From the NCBI GenBank assembly GCA_963801165.1, contig CAWDDT010000005.1, forward strand, positions 128,001 to 192,000: a stretch of DNA of 64,000 bases, written 5' to 3'. Numbering within the stretch: position 1 is the first letter of the stretch; every line of letters begins with the position of its first letter. Below the pieces are notes generated by a model. The model searched no databases. It saw nothing but the letters and a program-made list of their open reading frames with translations, and was not told the origin of the DNA. Source of the DNA: an uncultured bacterium (lineage in GTDB: Bacteria > Actinomycetota > Acidimicrobiia > Spongiisociales > UBA5794). Below, in pieces: positions 38,061 through 48,897 of the stretch. The translations under genes were made by a program, and so were the position numbers.

Positions 38061-38279
38061 GTGTCGCGTCCTCCGACGGTTGGTGGTTGTGTCACAAACA
38101 CACGCAGAGACCGGCAATCGGGTTCCATCATCGCCCGATACTCGGCCTATCCGTACCGGCAGCTTGCCGCAGCCCCTCCCCGCATATGCTCGTTTCTGTC
38201 TCGCAGCCGTCCTCTCATCCACCCCGCGACCTTCTGCCGAAAGCCATTCGCTACCCTGACGGCAGAGCAAGGAGCAGGC

Positions 38280-38660
38280 ATGGCCACAGTCAGCGTTCGC
38301 TATATCGTCGATGACGTCGACGCCGCAATCGCCTTTTACACCACCCACCTCGACTTCACCGAGGTAATGCATCCGGCGCCTACCTTTGCGATGATCGACC
38401 GGGGCGACCTCCGCCTCCTGTTGAGCGCTCCCAGCGAACGGGGAGGTGGAGGACAGACGATGCCCGACGGTACCGCTCCCGAGCCTGGAGGCTGGAACCG
38501 GATCTCACTCCCGGTCGACGATCTCAATGCGCTGGTGGAGCGTCTCCGTGCGGAAGACGTCAGGTTTCGCAGCGACATCGTACGGGGTGTCGGCGGCGAC
38601 CAGGTCCTCCTCGAGGACCCGGCGGGCAACCCGATCGAGCTGTTCGAGTTTCACTCCTGA
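38280..38660 (+). CDS. VOC/glyoxalase family protein
   Basis: 'VRYIVDDVDAAIAFYT', 'PEPGGWNRI' and 'EDPAGNPIELF'. Confidence 0.9.
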   Translation: MATVSVRYIVDDVDAAIAFYTTHLDFTEVMHPAPTFAMIDRGDLRLLLSAPSERGGGGQTMPDGTAPEPGGWNRISLPVDDLNALVERLRAEDVRFRSDIVRGVGGDQVLLEDPAGNPIELFEFHS

Positions 38661-38836
38661 GCAGCCGCGCGTACCGTGTCGAGGCTCGGGGCGACCGAGC
38701 GCATCGACGGCACCGACTCAACGCGAGTGACACCGATCGTGCTTGAAGCGGGTGCGGGTCCTCAGGTTGCGAGGTCACGGACGTCACCCCGATGATCAAC
38801 AACGAGGCTGACACTCGACGCCGGATCCGGGTGCGA

Positions 38837-41695
38837 TCAGTCGACGATCCCCTGCTCGTAGACCTCCATGGGCGGGCAAGCGCACACGACGTTGCGATCG
38901 CCGTAGGCACCATCGATCCGGCTCACCGGCGGCCAGTACTTGTCCTGGCGAAGCGCAGGCACCGGGAAGGCGGCAAGCTCCCGGTCGTAACCATGGGTCC
39001 AGCCGTCGGCGACGACGTCCTCAGCTGTGTGCGGGGCGTTGTGCAAGGCGCTGTCCTCCAACGGAACCGCCCCGGAGGCGATCTCATTGACCTCACCCTT
39101 GATGGCGACCATCGCCTCGATGAAGCGATCGAGCTCCTCAAGACTCTCCGACTCGGTCGGCTCGACCATGAGCGTTCCCGGTACGGGGAAGGACATCGTC
39201 GGGGCGTGGAAGCCGTAATCGATGAGCCGCTTGGCGACGTCGTCTGCGGTCACGCCGGTCTCGTGGCTGATCTCGCGGAGGTCGAGGATGCACTCATGGG
39301 CGACCAGCCCGTTGCTGCCCGTGTACAGGACCGGGTAGTGGTCGGAGAGCCGGGTAGCGATGTAGTTGGCCGACAGGATCGCTACCTCGGTCGCCTTCTC
39401 CAGCCCCGATGCCCCCATCAGGGCGATGTATGCCCACGAGATAGGCAACACCCCGGCCGAGCCCCACGGTGCCGCCGCTACGGCCCCGCTCCCGTCCCGG
39501 TATCCGTCCTGGTCGTGGACCAGTGGATGGCCGGGCAGGAACGGCTCGAGGTGTGCCTTGACCCCGATCGGGCCGACACCCGGCCCGCCACCACCGTGCG
39601 GTATGGCGAACGTCTTGTGCAGATTGAGATGCGACACGTCCCCACCGAACTCGCCCGGCTTGGCCACACCGAGCAGGGCGTTCAGGTTGGCTCCGTCGAT
39701 GTACACCTGGCCGCCGTGTTGGTGGACGACCTCGCAGATCTCACGCACCTTCTCCTCGAAGACGCCGTGGGTTGACGGGTAGGTGATCATCAGGGCGGCG
39801 AGCCTGTCGGCGTTTGCGGCGGCCTTGGCCCGCAGATCCTCGAGATCGACGTTCCCGCCGTCGTCGGTGGCGACCACCACCACCTGGAGACCCGCCATGA
39901 CGGCACTTGCCGGGTTGGTACCGTGCGCCGATGCCGGGATGAGACAGATGTTGCGATGGCCCTCGCCGCGGCTCTGGTGGTACCCCCGGATGGCCAGCAA
40001 CCCCGAGTACTCCCCCTGCGAGCCGGCGTTTGGTTGGAGCGACACGGCGTCGTAGCCGGTGGCTTCTGCCAGCCAGCGCTCCAGGTCCCCGATCATCTCG
40101 AGGTACCCGGCCGCCTGCTCCAGCGGTGCATAGGGATGGATGTTGGCAAACTCCGGCCAGGTGATCGCCGCCATCTCGGTGGCGGCGTTCAGCTTCATCG
40201 TGCACGAGCCGAGTGGGATCATCGACCGATCGAGGGCGATGTCCCGGCCCTGGAGACGGCGCAGGTATCGCATCATCTCGGTCTCGCTGCGGTAGCGATG
40301 AAACACCTCGTGGGTCATGAACTCTGAGGTGCGGCGCAGGCTCGCGGGGATACCCGATGGAGCATCGATGGCGCTGTCGGCGATGAAGAACGACTCGACG
40401 ACGGCATCGACTATTGCCTGTGTGGTCGTCTCGTCGAACGACACCCCGACGCGGTCACGGTCGACGATACGAAGGTTGATCTTGCGATCCTCGGCGGCGG
40501 CAACGACTTCTTCTGCCCGCCCGGGAACCAGCACGGTCACCGTGTCGAACCAGGTATCGTTGGCCAATTCCAGACCACCGCCGCTGAGTCGCGCCGCCAG
40601 CTGGGAGGTGAGTCGGTGCACCTCGTCGGCGATACCGGTGAGTCCTTCGGGCCCGTGCCACGCCCCGTAGAGGCCGGCCATCACCGCCAGCAGCGCCTGG
40701 GCGGTGCAGATGTTGGAGGTTGCCTTCTCGCGGCGGATGTGCTGCTCCCGGGTGGTGAGCGCCAGACGGAGCGCCATCCGGTTCTTGGTGTCGCGAGATA
40801 CGCCGACGAGCCGACCGGGCAGCGACCGCTTGTACTCGTCCCTTGTGGCCATGAACGCGGCGTGGGGACCACCGAACATCATGGGGATCCCGAAACGCTG
40901 CGACGACCCGACTGCCACGTCGGCGCCTAACTCACCAGGCGGGACGAGCAGCGTCAGTGCCAGCAGGTCGGTGGCGACCGCCACCATGACACCGCCGTCC
41001 TTGAGCCGGGCGATGAGCTCCCGGTCGTCACGGACCACGCCGGATGTGCCCGGGTATTGAAGCACAGCACCGTAGACCTGCTCCGGGTGGATCTCGGCCG
41101 GGTCGCCGACAATGACCTCGATACCGAGCGGTTCGGCCCGGGTGTGCACCACCTCGATGACCTGGGGATGGCACTCGGCATCTACGAAGAATGCCCCGCC
41201 CTTCCGCTTGCTGATACGGCGCAGCATCGTCATGGCCTCGGCAACCGCGGTTGCCTCGTCAAGAAGTGAGGCGTTGGCGATGTCGAGACCGGCGAGGTCG
41301 GCGACCATCGTCTGGAAGTTGAGCATCGCTTCGAGCCGGCCCTGTGATATCTCGGGCTGGTAAGGGGTGTACGAGGTGTACCAGCCAGGATTCTCGAGGA
41401 CGTTGCGCACGATGACCGCAGGCGGGTAGGTCCCGTAGTAGCCCTGGCCGATTAGGGAGGTAAACACCGCATTAGCGGCGCCCAGGTGGCGAAGCCGGGC
41501 GAGAACGCCGGCTTCGGAGTCGGCTTCGGGCAGGTCGAACGAGTCACGGATACGGATCGACTCGGGTACCGCGCGTGTGGTGAGATCTTCGAGCGAATCG
41601 ATGCCGACGGTCTCGAGCATCTTGGCGAGGTCGCTATCGCGAGGCCCTATGTGCCGGTCGACGAAACGGGAGATCCCGGCTGGTGGCTTGCTCAT
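38837..41695 (-). CDS. gcvP: Glycine dehydrogenase (decarboxylating), glycine cleavage P protein
   Basis: 'FVDRHIGP', '[14 protein letters not shown]', '[12 protein letters not shown]', '[12 protein letters not shown]' and PLP site 'HLNLHKTF'. Confidence 0.97.
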   Translation of the reverse strand: MSKPPAGISRFVDRHIGPRDSDLAKMLETVGIDSLEDLTTRAVPESIRIRDSFDLPEADSEAGVLARLRHLGAANAVFTSLIGQGYYGTYPPAVIVRNVLENPGWYTSYTPYQPEISQGRLEAMLNFQTMVADLAGLDIANASLLDEATAVAEAMTMLRRISKRKGGAFFVDAECHPQVIEVVHTRAEPLGIEVIVGDPAEIHPEQVYGAVLQYPGTSGVVRDDRELIARLKDGGVMVAVATDLLALTLLVPPGELGADVAVGSSQRFGIPMMFGGPHAAFMATRDEYKRSLPGRLVGVSRDTKNRMALRLALTTREQHIRREKATSNICTAQALLAVMAGLYGAWHGPEGLTGIADEVHRLTSQLAARLSGGGLELANDTWFDTVTVLVPGRAEEVVAAAEDRKINLRIVDRDRVGVSFDETTTQAIVDAVVESFFIADSAIDAPSGIPASLRRTSEFMTHEVFHRYRSETEMMRYLRRLQGRDIALDRSMIPLGSCTMKLNAATEMAAITWPEFANIHPYAPLEQAAGYLEMIGDLERWLAEATGYDAVSLQPNAGSQGEYSGLLAIRGYHQSRGEGHRNICLIPASAHGTNPASAVMAGLQVVVVATDDGGNVDLEDLRAKAAANADRLAALMITYPSTHGVFEEKVREICEVVHQHGGQVYIDGANLNALLGVAKPGEFGGDVSHLNLHKTFAIPHGGGGPGVGPIGVKAHLEPFLPGHPLVHDQDGYRDGSGAVAAAPWGSAGVLPISWAYIALMGASGLEKATEVAILSANYIATRLSDHYPVLYTGSNGLVAHECILDLREISHETGVTADDVAKRLIDYGFHAPTMSFPVPGTLMVEPTESESLEELDRFIEAMVAIKGEVNEIASGAVPLEDSALHNAPHTAEDVVADGWTHGYDRELAAFPVPALRQDKYWPPVSRIDGAYGDRNVVCACPPMEVYEQGIVD

Positions 41696-41749
41696 CTTGT
41701 CGGTACCTCCTGGACAGCGTCTGCAGGGACCGGATGCACCGATCCCCAC

Positions 41750-41937
41750 CCCGCTCTGTCATCGGTACCTGAGAGATTCACCGGGCTCCCGGCTTTCCCC
41801 TTCGGCGGAGCTTCCGGCTCACTTTCCAGAGGCGCCTGATCTGTGCGGTTCACCAGCCTGAGAGTTTCCCGGGGCGGTTGCTCCTTCGGCGCCGGTCGCG
41901 GTGCTCTCGCACCCGGACCGATCTCTCCCGCACAGCT
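41750..41937 (-). promoter_or_regulatory. Tandem glycine riboswitch
   Basis: The minus strand has two aptamers upstream of gcvP: GGGAGAG..CGCCGAAGGAGCAA..AAACTCTCAGG and CTCTGGAAAG..CGCCGAAGGGGAAA..AATCTCTCAGG..GACAGAG. Confidence 0.93.
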
Positions 41938-42052
41938 TCAGCGGCTGCCCCCTGACTGTACACGAGTTGCCGGTATCGAGTCGTCCGCCGGCAACGTGTC
42001 CCAAGCGGCGAAGCTTGAGTAGGGTCGGTGTTCAACGGCAAAGGAGGACGCA

Positions 42053-42328
42053 GTAGCTGCCATTGACGTCAACGACAGAGGCAAGTTCCTGATCGAGCAC
42101 CCGGGATGGGTACTCGAGGAGGAGACCATCCGCAAGACCTTCGAGTTCACCGACTTCAACGAAGCGATGGGATTCGTGGTGCGCGTGGCATTGCTCGCAG
42201 AACCTGCCAACCATCACCCCGACATCGACATCCGCTGGAACAAGGTGACCATCGCCCTCACCACCCACAGCGAGGGCGCCCTGACCGAAAAGGACATCAC
42301 GCTCGCAAGCAAGATCGAGGCGCTCTGA
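42053..42328 (+). CDS. Pterin-4-alpha-carbinolamine dehydratase (no canonical start codon; GTA follows the SD)
   Basis: Manual translation gives '...HPGWVLEEETIRKTFEFTDFNEAMGFVVRVALLAEPANHHPDIDIRWNKVTIALTTHSEGALTEKDITLASKIEAL*', with the PCD motifs HHPD and TH. Missed by the ORF track. Confidence 0.85.
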   Translation, partial: VAAIDVNDRGKFLIEHPGWVLEEETIRKTFEFTDFNEAMGFVVRVALLAEPANHHPDIDIRWNKVTIALTTHSEGALTEKDITLASKIEAL

Positions 42329-42331
42329 GGG

Positions 42332-42739
42332 TCAACCGGCAGCCGACCATCCCGTCCAGTTCGAGACGGTGACCACGATGACCGGACCGTCAGGTCTCCG
42401 CCCCTCGTACTGGCGGTACTTCTGCTCGAGCAGGTCCAACCCGGCCTCTACCTGTGCGGCATCGACAACCGCCGCCATTCCGTCGGCCCGCACCCACCAG
42501 AGACACTCCCAATCCTCGTCGTATTCGTCGGCCACGAGCGACACGCGCGGATCGCGCTCGATGTTACGCAGACGCTGCAACCTGCGGGTGCGCTTGGGCT
42601 TGTGGTCGATCGCCGTGTAGATCCGGTCACCGGCGACGGCGAACACCACAGGTACGAGGTGCGGCCCATTAGGCCCGACCGTGCCGAGCACGGCGACCCT
42701 GGCTGCTGAGAAGCGCCCGGCGGCTTCATCGCGTTCCAT
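42332..42739 (-). CDS. PPOX-class F420-dependent oxidoreductase (Rv0121-like)
   Basis: 'PHLVPVVFA', 'AIDHKPK', 'RLRNIERDPRVSL' and 'LWWVRADG'. Confidence 0.88.
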   Translation of the reverse strand: MERDEAAGRFSAARVAVLGTVGPNGPHLVPVVFAVAGDRIYTAIDHKPKRTRRLQRLRNIERDPRVSLVADEYDEDWECLWWVRADGMAAVVDAAQVEAGLDLLEQKYRQYEGRRPDGPVIVVTVSNWTGWSAAG

Positions 42740-42762
42740 CGGAGCAAGCTACCACTCACCAG

Positions 42763-42795
42763 CGTAACTTGACCGTTACGTAACATATCCGTTAC
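42763..42795. promoter_or_regulatory. Tandem inverted-repeat operator (GTAAC-N6-GTTAC x2) upstream of arsR
   Basis: CGTAACTTGACCGTTACG and the overlapping CGTAACATATCCGTTAC, with a 16-bp period, ending 9 nt before the ATG. Confidence 0.65.
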
Positions 42796-42804
42796 ACTCA
42801 GCGG

Positions 42805-43113
42805 ATGGACACCTACGAGGCTATCGCCGACCCTACCCGACGCCGGATCATCGACCTCCTAGGGCACGATCCACTCAATGCGGGAACCATCGCCGCAGCG
42901 TTTGCCGTGAGCAGACCAGCTATCTCGCGGCACCTCCGGGTACTGCGCGAGACCGGGATCGTGTCGGTCGAGGAGGAAGCCCAGCAGCGCATCTATCACT
43001 TGAATCCGGAACGGCTCAGCGAGGTAGCAGGTTGGATCGCCCGATATACGACCTTCTGGGACGCGCACCTCGGGCGTTTGGCGACTCACCTCGAGTCTGG
43101 AGCTACGCCATGA
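42805..43113 (+). CDS. ArsR/SmtB-family regulator
   Basis: 'AIADPTRRRIIDLL' and 'SRPAISRHLRVLRETG'. Confidence 0.92.
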   Translation: MDTYEAIADPTRRRIIDLLGHDPLNAGTIAAAFAVSRPAISRHLRVLRETGIVSVEEEAQQRIYHLNPERLSEVAGWIARYTTFWDAHLGRLATHLESGATP

Positions 43114-43583
43114 CATTCGGGACTGTCACCAACTTCGATGAGAGCGCCACAGTGCGTTTCGAGAGGATCATCGGCGCCGCAGTCGAAGTTGTCTGGAATG
43201 CCCTGACCGACCCGACCGAAATCGCCGCCTGGCTCGCTCCTGCCGGGTTCGACGCACGAGCGGGCGGAAACGTCTCCATTGATTTCGGCGAGGGCGGGAC
43301 CGTCGCCGGGGCGATCACCGAATTCGAGCCACTCCGCGTCCTGGAATACACCTGGACGTTCACCGGGGAGCGCGACTCGGTCCTCCGCTTCGAGCTAACC
43401 GCCGACGGAGCAAAGACGAAGCTGGTGCTGGAACACCGTCTGCTGCCACCCGACCAGGCGGTCGGGTATGGAGCCGGATGGCATGCCCACCTGGACATGT
43501 TTGGAGCTCATGTCACCAACGCGACACCCGTCGACTGGGACGAGCGCTTCACCGAGGTGCTCGGCGCCTACGCCGGCGCCTGA
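43110..43583 (+). CDS. SRPBCC (Aha1/START-like) domain protein
   Basis: 'VRFER...VWNALTDPTEIAAW' and 'GAGWHAHLD'; ATGA-coupled to arsR. Confidence 0.9.
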   Translation: MTFGTVTNFDESATVRFERIIGAAVEVVWNALTDPTEIAAWLAPAGFDARAGGNVSIDFGEGGTVAGAITEFEPLRVLEYTWTFTGERDSVLRFELTADGAKTKLVLEHRLLPPDQAVGYGAGWHAHLDMFGAHVTNATPVDWDERFTEVLGAYAGA

Positions 43584-43592
43584 CGGAACCGC

Positions 43593-44858
43593 TCACACCG
43601 GCTCGTTGTACTTCTCGAGATGCAACGCTGCCGCGCTGGCCATCCAGTCGTCCCTCTCGATACGGCCCTTGAAGGCGTTCAGCGCGGCGGTAACAACGGC
43701 AATGTCACCGGGCTGAAAGTTGGCGATTTGCCGGAAGCTCGTGATACCGAAACCCTTGAGCGTCTGCTCCAATTTGGGACCAACGCCGTGAATCTCCTTC
43801 AGATCGTCGTCGGGAACCGGACCTGCACCGGCAGTCCTGGCGGCGACGTCCGCGATACGGGCGAGCGCCTGCTCCTTGGTCGGCGGCGGGATCGGAAGGG
43901 CGGCGAGGTCTTCTTGCAGCTTCTCGATCTGGGAACGGCTCGAGTCCAGCTCGCTCTCCAGGTCGGCAATGTGCGCCGCCATCTCGCGCTGTCCCGCGGT
44001 GGCGTGTTCGAGATCGGCCTGCAGCCCGGGCACCGTCGCTGCCTCGCGTCGGGCCGCAACCAGTTCGGTCTTGAGGTACCCGACCCGCTCCGACATCTGG
44101 TCGCGCTCCAACGTGGCCTTCTCCAAGCCGGCTCGTAGCTCGGGCACCGACGCTGCGACCTCGCTTGCTTCCGCCAGATCCCTCTCGAGCTGATCGATCT
44201 GATCGTCGCCGGAGGCCAGATCCGATTCGAGAGCGTCCACCCGCGTCTGGAGCGATCCTCTCTCGGCATTGGCAGCAACGAGGTCAGCCTCGAGACGCTC
44301 GACACGAGCCGCCAGCTGTCCACGCTCGGTTTCGAGCCTCTCCAGGTCGGTATGCATACCCGGTACTGCCGCGGCGGTCGCCTCCGCTATGGCTAGGTTG
44401 TCGCGTAGATCGGCCACCCGGCTCTCCGCCTCGTCAAGCCGGCCGCGCAGATGATCAGCCTGGCTTCTGTGCTCTTCCGCCGCCGAGCGAGCCTCGTCAC
44501 GCTGGACCTTGATCTCGGCGTACGCCTCGTCCGACCCACCGGCGGCTGCCAGTTCGGCTTCGAGGTCGGCGATCGTCTCGTCGGTCTGACTCAGCTGTGC
44601 CTCCAACTCCCCGACCCTGGCGGACTGACTGTGGAGCTGGTTCTGGAGCTTGTCGAGTGTCTGGTTGCTCTCGATGAGACGGTATTCGGCTTTGTGCGCC
44701 AGCTCCTCCTGGGCGTCCAGCTCGTTCTCGTAGGCCGCGGCGATCACACCACGCTGTAGCCAGCGGCCAAAGATCCAGCCGATAGCGAGGCCGACCAGAG
44801 TCGCCAGGATCATGAACCAAACGATCTCGCCGGCTGCCCACCCCACTCCATCGAACAT
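43593..44858 (-). CDS. Membrane-anchored long coiled-coil protein with C-terminal helix-hairpin-helix-like domain
   Basis: N-terminal TM helix, a long heptad-rich acidic region and C-terminal 'DDLKEIHGVGPKLEQTLKGFGITSFRQIA...GRIERDDW'. Confidence 0.78.
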   Translation of the reverse strand: MFDGVGWAAGEIVWFMILATLVGLAIGWIFGRWLQRGVIAAAYENELDAQEELAHKAEYRLIESNQTLDKLQNQLHSQSARVGELEAQLSQTDETIADLEAELAAAGGSDEAYAEIKVQRDEARSAAEEHRSQADHLRGRLDEAESRVADLRDNLAIAEATAAAVPGMHTDLERLETERGQLAARVERLEADLVAANAERGSLQTRVDALESDLASGDDQIDQLERDLAEASEVAASVPELRAGLEKATLERDQMSERVGYLKTELVAARREAATVPGLQADLEHATAGQREMAAHIADLESELDSSRSQIEKLQEDLAALPIPPPTKEQALARIADVAARTAGAGPVPDDDLKEIHGVGPKLEQTLKGFGITSFRQIANFQPGDIAVVTAALNAFKGRIERDDWMASAAALHLEKYNEPV

Positions 44859-46259
44859 CTATCCGTCTCCTTCTTCGATCGCAAACTCGATTCTGCGGTT
44901 GCGAGCGCGACCGTCGGCCGTGTTGTTGTCTGCAATCGGCTGCGCCTCGCCGTAGCCGATTGCAGACAGCCGGCCGGCGTCCACCCCTCCGGCCACCATA
45001 TAGGCCACAACGGCCTCAGCCTGCTGCTGTGACAGCTCCAGGTTGGCGGCCTCATCCCCCTGGTCGTCTGTGTATGCGGCGACGATCACGTTTCTTCCCG
45101 GATTCGCATCGAGTAGCTGTATCGCCTGGTCGAGTAGCGCCTGGCCCTCCGTCGAGATCGTCGTTTCCCCCGGCGGGAACATCTCGGTACCGGCGAGGAG
45201 CGAGGTCATCTTGACCACAACCGCCGCCGGGTCCACCCCAACGTCTGTGGTCACAGTCAACTGGCCGGCGACAACCTCATCGGCAAGCACCGCGATGGCA
45301 GCGACCTGGTCCTCGTCAAGCGTCAGACCCGTGATGGCAACGGCCCCGTCAGCGATGTCGATCGTCCACGGATCGAGCCTGGTCACGACATCGAGCAACC
45401 CGTCGATCGACTCCACCCACGAAGGCCCCGCGACTTCAGCGACCCTCAGGTTGTTGATGATGGTTGCCCCGGGGTGGAGACGGCGAGCCGCGTCGACTAT
45501 TCCCGCTGCGGTGTCCTGGTCCGGGAGGCTCCCCGACAGAGTCAGTGCTCCGCCCGCGGACTCTGCATGGAATGTGGGCAGGGGCAAAACCGCGATCTCG
45601 AGATTCGATATCACCGGGATCGACCCGTCGAAAATGACCTCCGCATCCTGCTCGATGCGGCTGCGCACCGTATCAGAGATCACGTCGCCACTAAGGGTGA
45701 ACCCGTCGTTGTTGGCCACAAAGCCACCGGATCGCAGCTCACCGAGATGGGCGAACACGTTCTTGATCCGACCGAGCCACGGTCGCGTCTCGACGTTCAC
45801 GTTGACGATGAGCGCGTCGACAACCCGCTCGGCACCGTACTGCTCGGCGGCGGCGGCGATGAGCGCCTCAGAGACGTCTGTGCTGGGCACCGAGCCGCGT
45901 ATGGACACCGCATCTCCGATGATGCGCATGGAGACTACGGGCGCGATGGGCTGGGGAGTCACCGGTGCAACAATCGTGAAACGAGTCCTCACCCCGCGCA
46001 CGCCGGGAAGATCATCGATCTCAGCAACCAGGGCGTGGCCCGCTTCCTCCGAGTCGACCTCTCCGAACAAGGTGACATCGCGTCCAGAGATGTCAAAAGC
46101 CAGGTTGACACCGGACGCCTTGAGTGCATCCCGCGTCTCGTGCCGGACTTTGGTTTCGGCGTTATCCACACCCCAAACCAACGCCGCCAGGACGAGTACC
46201 ACCCAGATGGCGAGCAGCCAGAAGACGGCTACCGGTATCCCGGGTTGGCTGTCTTTCAA
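44859..46259 (-). CDS. Membrane-anchored BON-repeat + OmpA-like peptidoglycan-binding protein (ArfA-like)
   Basis: TM anchor, repeated BON-like units ('VTLFGEV', 'VSIRGSVP', 'LTLSGSLP') and an OmpA C-domain ('YTDDQG...NLELSQQQA', 'GYGEAQPIADNNTADGRARNRRIEF'). Confidence 0.85.
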   Translation of the reverse strand: MKDSQPGIPVAVFWLLAIWVVLVLAALVWGVDNAETKVRHETRDALKASGVNLAFDISGRDVTLFGEVDSEEAGHALVAEIDDLPGVRGVRTRFTIVAPVTPQPIAPVVSMRIIGDAVSIRGSVPSTDVSEALIAAAAEQYGAERVVDALIVNVNVETRPWLGRIKNVFAHLGELRSGGFVANNDGFTLSGDVISDTVRSRIEQDAEVIFDGSIPVISNLEIAVLPLPTFHAESAGGALTLSGSLPDQDTAAGIVDAARRLHPGATIINNLRVAEVAGPSWVESIDGLLDVVTRLDPWTIDIADGAVAITGLTLDEDQVAAIAVLADEVVAGQLTVTTDVGVDPAAVVVKMTSLLAGTEMFPPGETTISTEGQALLDQAIQLLDANPGRNVIVAAYTDDQGDEAANLELSQQQAEAVVAYMVAGGVDAGRLSAIGYGEAQPIADNNTADGRARNRRIEFAIEEGDG

Positions 46260-46351
46260 CTGTCTACCCTCCTACCTAGTAGCTTCAGGAAATTAGCCGC
46301 ACCGCAGCCGTTATGCCACCCACGGTTGTCGCGCGTCCAAGATTTCTGAAA

Positions 46352-46396
46352 TATGATACGACTGGACTCAGGTTATACGTGGCATGTATACTCAAA
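46352..46396 (+). promoter_or_regulatory. Degenerate HAIR-like (HspR) sites in the dnaK promoter
   Basis: Right half-sites ACTCAGG (46366) and ACTCAAA (46390) resemble CTTGAGT-N7-ACTCAAG, but the left halves match poorly. Confidence 0.4.
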
Positions 46397-46436
46397 CATA
46401 TTCGAGTTTCCTAAAGAATGAACAGGAGAAACAGCA

Positions 46437-48266
46437 ATGGGTAGAGCGGTAGGCATCGACCTCGGCACAACCAACTCGGTAGTGGCAACACTGGACGGTA
46501 GCGATCCCCAGGTGATAGCCAACGCCGAAGGGCAACGCACCACTCCATCGGTGGTCGCCTTCGCCAAGAACGGGGACGTCCTCGTGGGTGAGCAAGCCAA
46601 GCGCCAGGCAATCACCAATCCCGGTCGGACGGTCCGCTCGGTCAAACGCCATATGGGCGAGGACTGGGCCGTGGACATCGACGGCAAGAAGTACACCGCC
46701 CAGGAGATCTCGGCGCGCATCTTGATGAAGCTGAAGCGTGATGCGGAGACCTTCCTCGGCGAGCCGGTGACCGAAGCCGTCATCACCGTCCCCGCCTACT
46801 TCGGAGACGCCCAACGACAGGCAACCAAGGAAGCCGGGCAGATCGCCGGTCTCGAGGTCCTCCGTATCGTCAACGAACCGACGGCCGCGTCTCTTGCCTA
46901 CGGCATGGACAAGTCGGAGGATCACCTCATCCTCGTGTTCGACCTGGGTGGCGGCACGTTCGACGTGTCCGTCCTCGAGATCGGCGAGGGCGTCTTCGAG
47001 GTGAAGTCGACCAGCGGTGACACCCACCTCGGTGGCGACGACTGGGACCAACGGGTCATGGACTGGCTGGTCAAGGAGTTCAAGAACGAGCACGGTGTCG
47101 ATCTCTCACAGGACCCAATGGCTCTGACCCGGCTCAAGGAAGCCGCGGAGAAGGCCAAGATCGAGTTGTCGTCGGTCTCTGAGACTGAAGTCAACCTGCC
47201 GTTCATCACAGCGACGGACTCGGGTCCGATTCACATGCTCAAGACTCTCACCCGATCCGAGTTCCAGAAGATGACCGACGACCTGGTCGAGCGCACCCGC
47301 GCCCCGTTCCAGCAGGCCGTAAAGGATGCAGGCGTCACCGTCTCCGACATCAACCATGTCATCCTCGTGGGCGGCTCGACGCGCATGCCTTCGGTGCAGC
47401 AATTGGTCAAGGATCTCGCCGGCAAGGACCCGCACCAGGGTGTCAACCCGGACGAGGTCGTGGCTCTCGGTGCTGCGGTCCAGGCCGGGGTGCTCAAGGG
47501 CGACGTCAGCGGCATTCTCCTGCTCGACGTGACCCCGCTTACCCTCGGTGTCGAGACCGAAGGTGGCGTTTTCACCAAGATGATCGAGCGCAACACGACA
47601 ATCCCGACCCGGCGTAGCGAGATCTTCACCACCGCAGCGAACAACCAGCCCGAGGTGGAGATCCACGTGCTCCAGGGCGAACGGGCGATGGCCGCAGACA
47701 ACAAGTCGCTCGGCCGTTTCAAGCTGCCCGGCATCGCACCCGCCCCGCGCGGGATTCCCCAAATCGAGGTCACGTTCGACATCGACGCCAACGGTATCGT
47801 GTCGGTTTCGGCCAAGGATCTCGGCACCGGTAAGAGCCAGCAGGTGACCATCACCGGCGGCACGGCACTTGCCCAGGATGAGATCGACCGCATGGTCCAC
47901 GACGCCGAAGAGCACGCCAACGACGACGTTCAACGCCGCGAGCTCGCCGAAGCCCGTAACCAGGCCGATCACGCCGTCTACCAAACCGAGAAGATGCTCG
48001 AGGAGCACGGCGACAAGCTGACCGATGATGAGAAGGCGCCGATCACCGACAAAATGGCCGAGCTGCGCAAGCTACTCGAGGAACAGGCAGCCGCCTCGGA
48101 CCTCAATCGGGTGCGCGAAGAGCTGATGACGACCTCACAGATCCTCGGTCAAAAGATCTATGAGGCATCCGCGGCGCAGGCCGCCGCCGCCCCGGACGAG
48201 AGCCCCACCCCCGGTGACGACGATGTCGTCGATGCGGAGATCGTCGATGAGGGTGACGAGTCGTAG
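46437..48266 (+). CDS. dnaK: Chaperone DnaK
   Basis: 'GIDLGTTNS', 'TVPAYF', '[10 protein letters not shown]' and '[13 protein letters not shown]'. Confidence 0.98.
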   Translation: MGRAVGIDLGTTNSVVATLDGSDPQVIANAEGQRTTPSVVAFAKNGDVLVGEQAKRQAITNPGRTVRSVKRHMGEDWAVDIDGKKYTAQEISARILMKLKRDAETFLGEPVTEAVITVPAYFGDAQRQATKEAGQIAGLEVLRIVNEPTAASLAYGMDKSEDHLILVFDLGGGTFDVSVLEIGEGVFEVKSTSGDTHLGGDDWDQRVMDWLVKEFKNEHGVDLSQDPMALTRLKEAAEKAKIELSSVSETEVNLPFITATDSGPIHMLKTLTRSEFQKMTDDLVERTRAPFQQAVKDAGVTVSDINHVILVGGSTRMPSVQQLVKDLAGKDPHQGVNPDEVVALGAAVQAGVLKGDVSGILLLDVTPLTLGVETEGGVFTKMIERNTTIPTRRSEIFTTAANNQPEVEIHVLQGERAMAADNKSLGRFKLPGIAPAPRGIPQIEVTFDIDANGIVSVSAKDLGTGKSQQVTITGGTALAQDEIDRMVHDAEEHANDDVQRRELAEARNQADHAVYQTEKMLEEHGDKLTDDEKAPITDKMAELRKLLEEQAAASDLNRVREELMTTSQILGQKIYEASAAQAAAAPDESPTPGDDDVVDAEIVDEGDES

Positions 48267-48892
48267 TGGGTGATCAAGTGATACCTGAAGAGGACACCCT
48301 GGATCTCTCCACCCCGGAACTGCTCGCCGGCGACGGCGAGCAGACCGAGGGGGACGTGATTGAGGTGATCGACTCCGCCGCGGATGTTTCAGAGGTCGAT
48401 ATCGAGGTTCCCGCCGATCCAGCGGAGGCCGTGCCCGTCCTCATTTCGGCGCTGGTGGCGAGCCGCGACGAGGCGGCAACGTATCTCGATGCGATGCAGC
48501 GTATTGCCGCTGAGTTCGACAACTTCCGGAAACGGTCCGCCCGGGAGCGGGACGAGATCGTCGACCGGGCGTCACTGCGGCTTATCCAGCGGCTGCTGCC
48601 GACCCTTGACACCTTCGTCGCGGCGCTGGCCTACGAGCCGCAGACGGAGGGTGAGAAGCGCATGCTCGCCGGGATGGCGGATACCCACAGGTTGCTCATG
48701 GAAGCCCTGGCCGTTGACGGATTCGAACCGATCGCGGCCGACGACGTGCCGTTCGACCCGGCGGTGCATGAGGCAGTTACAGGTCCCGGAGACGACGGAG
48801 ACGGTGACCTGATCGTCACCGAGATGCGACGTGGCTACACATTGCGTGGCCGGGTTATCCGTGCGGCTCTGGTAGCAGTGAGGCATGCTTGA
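48266..48892 (+). CDS. grpE: Nucleotide exchange factor GrpE
   Basis: 'AEFDNFRKR', 'FDPAVHEAV' and '[16 protein letters not shown]'; follows dnaK. Confidence 0.93.
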   Translation: MGDQVIPEEDTLDLSTPELLAGDGEQTEGDVIEVIDSAADVSEVDIEVPADPAEAVPVLISALVASRDEAATYLDAMQRIAAEFDNFRKRSARERDEIVDRASLRLIQRLLPTLDTFVAALAYEPQTEGEKRMLAGMADTHRLLMEALAVDGFEPIAADDVPFDPAVHEAVTGPGDDGDGDLIVTEMRRGYTLRGRVIRAALVAVRHA

Positions 48893-48897
48893 AGACG

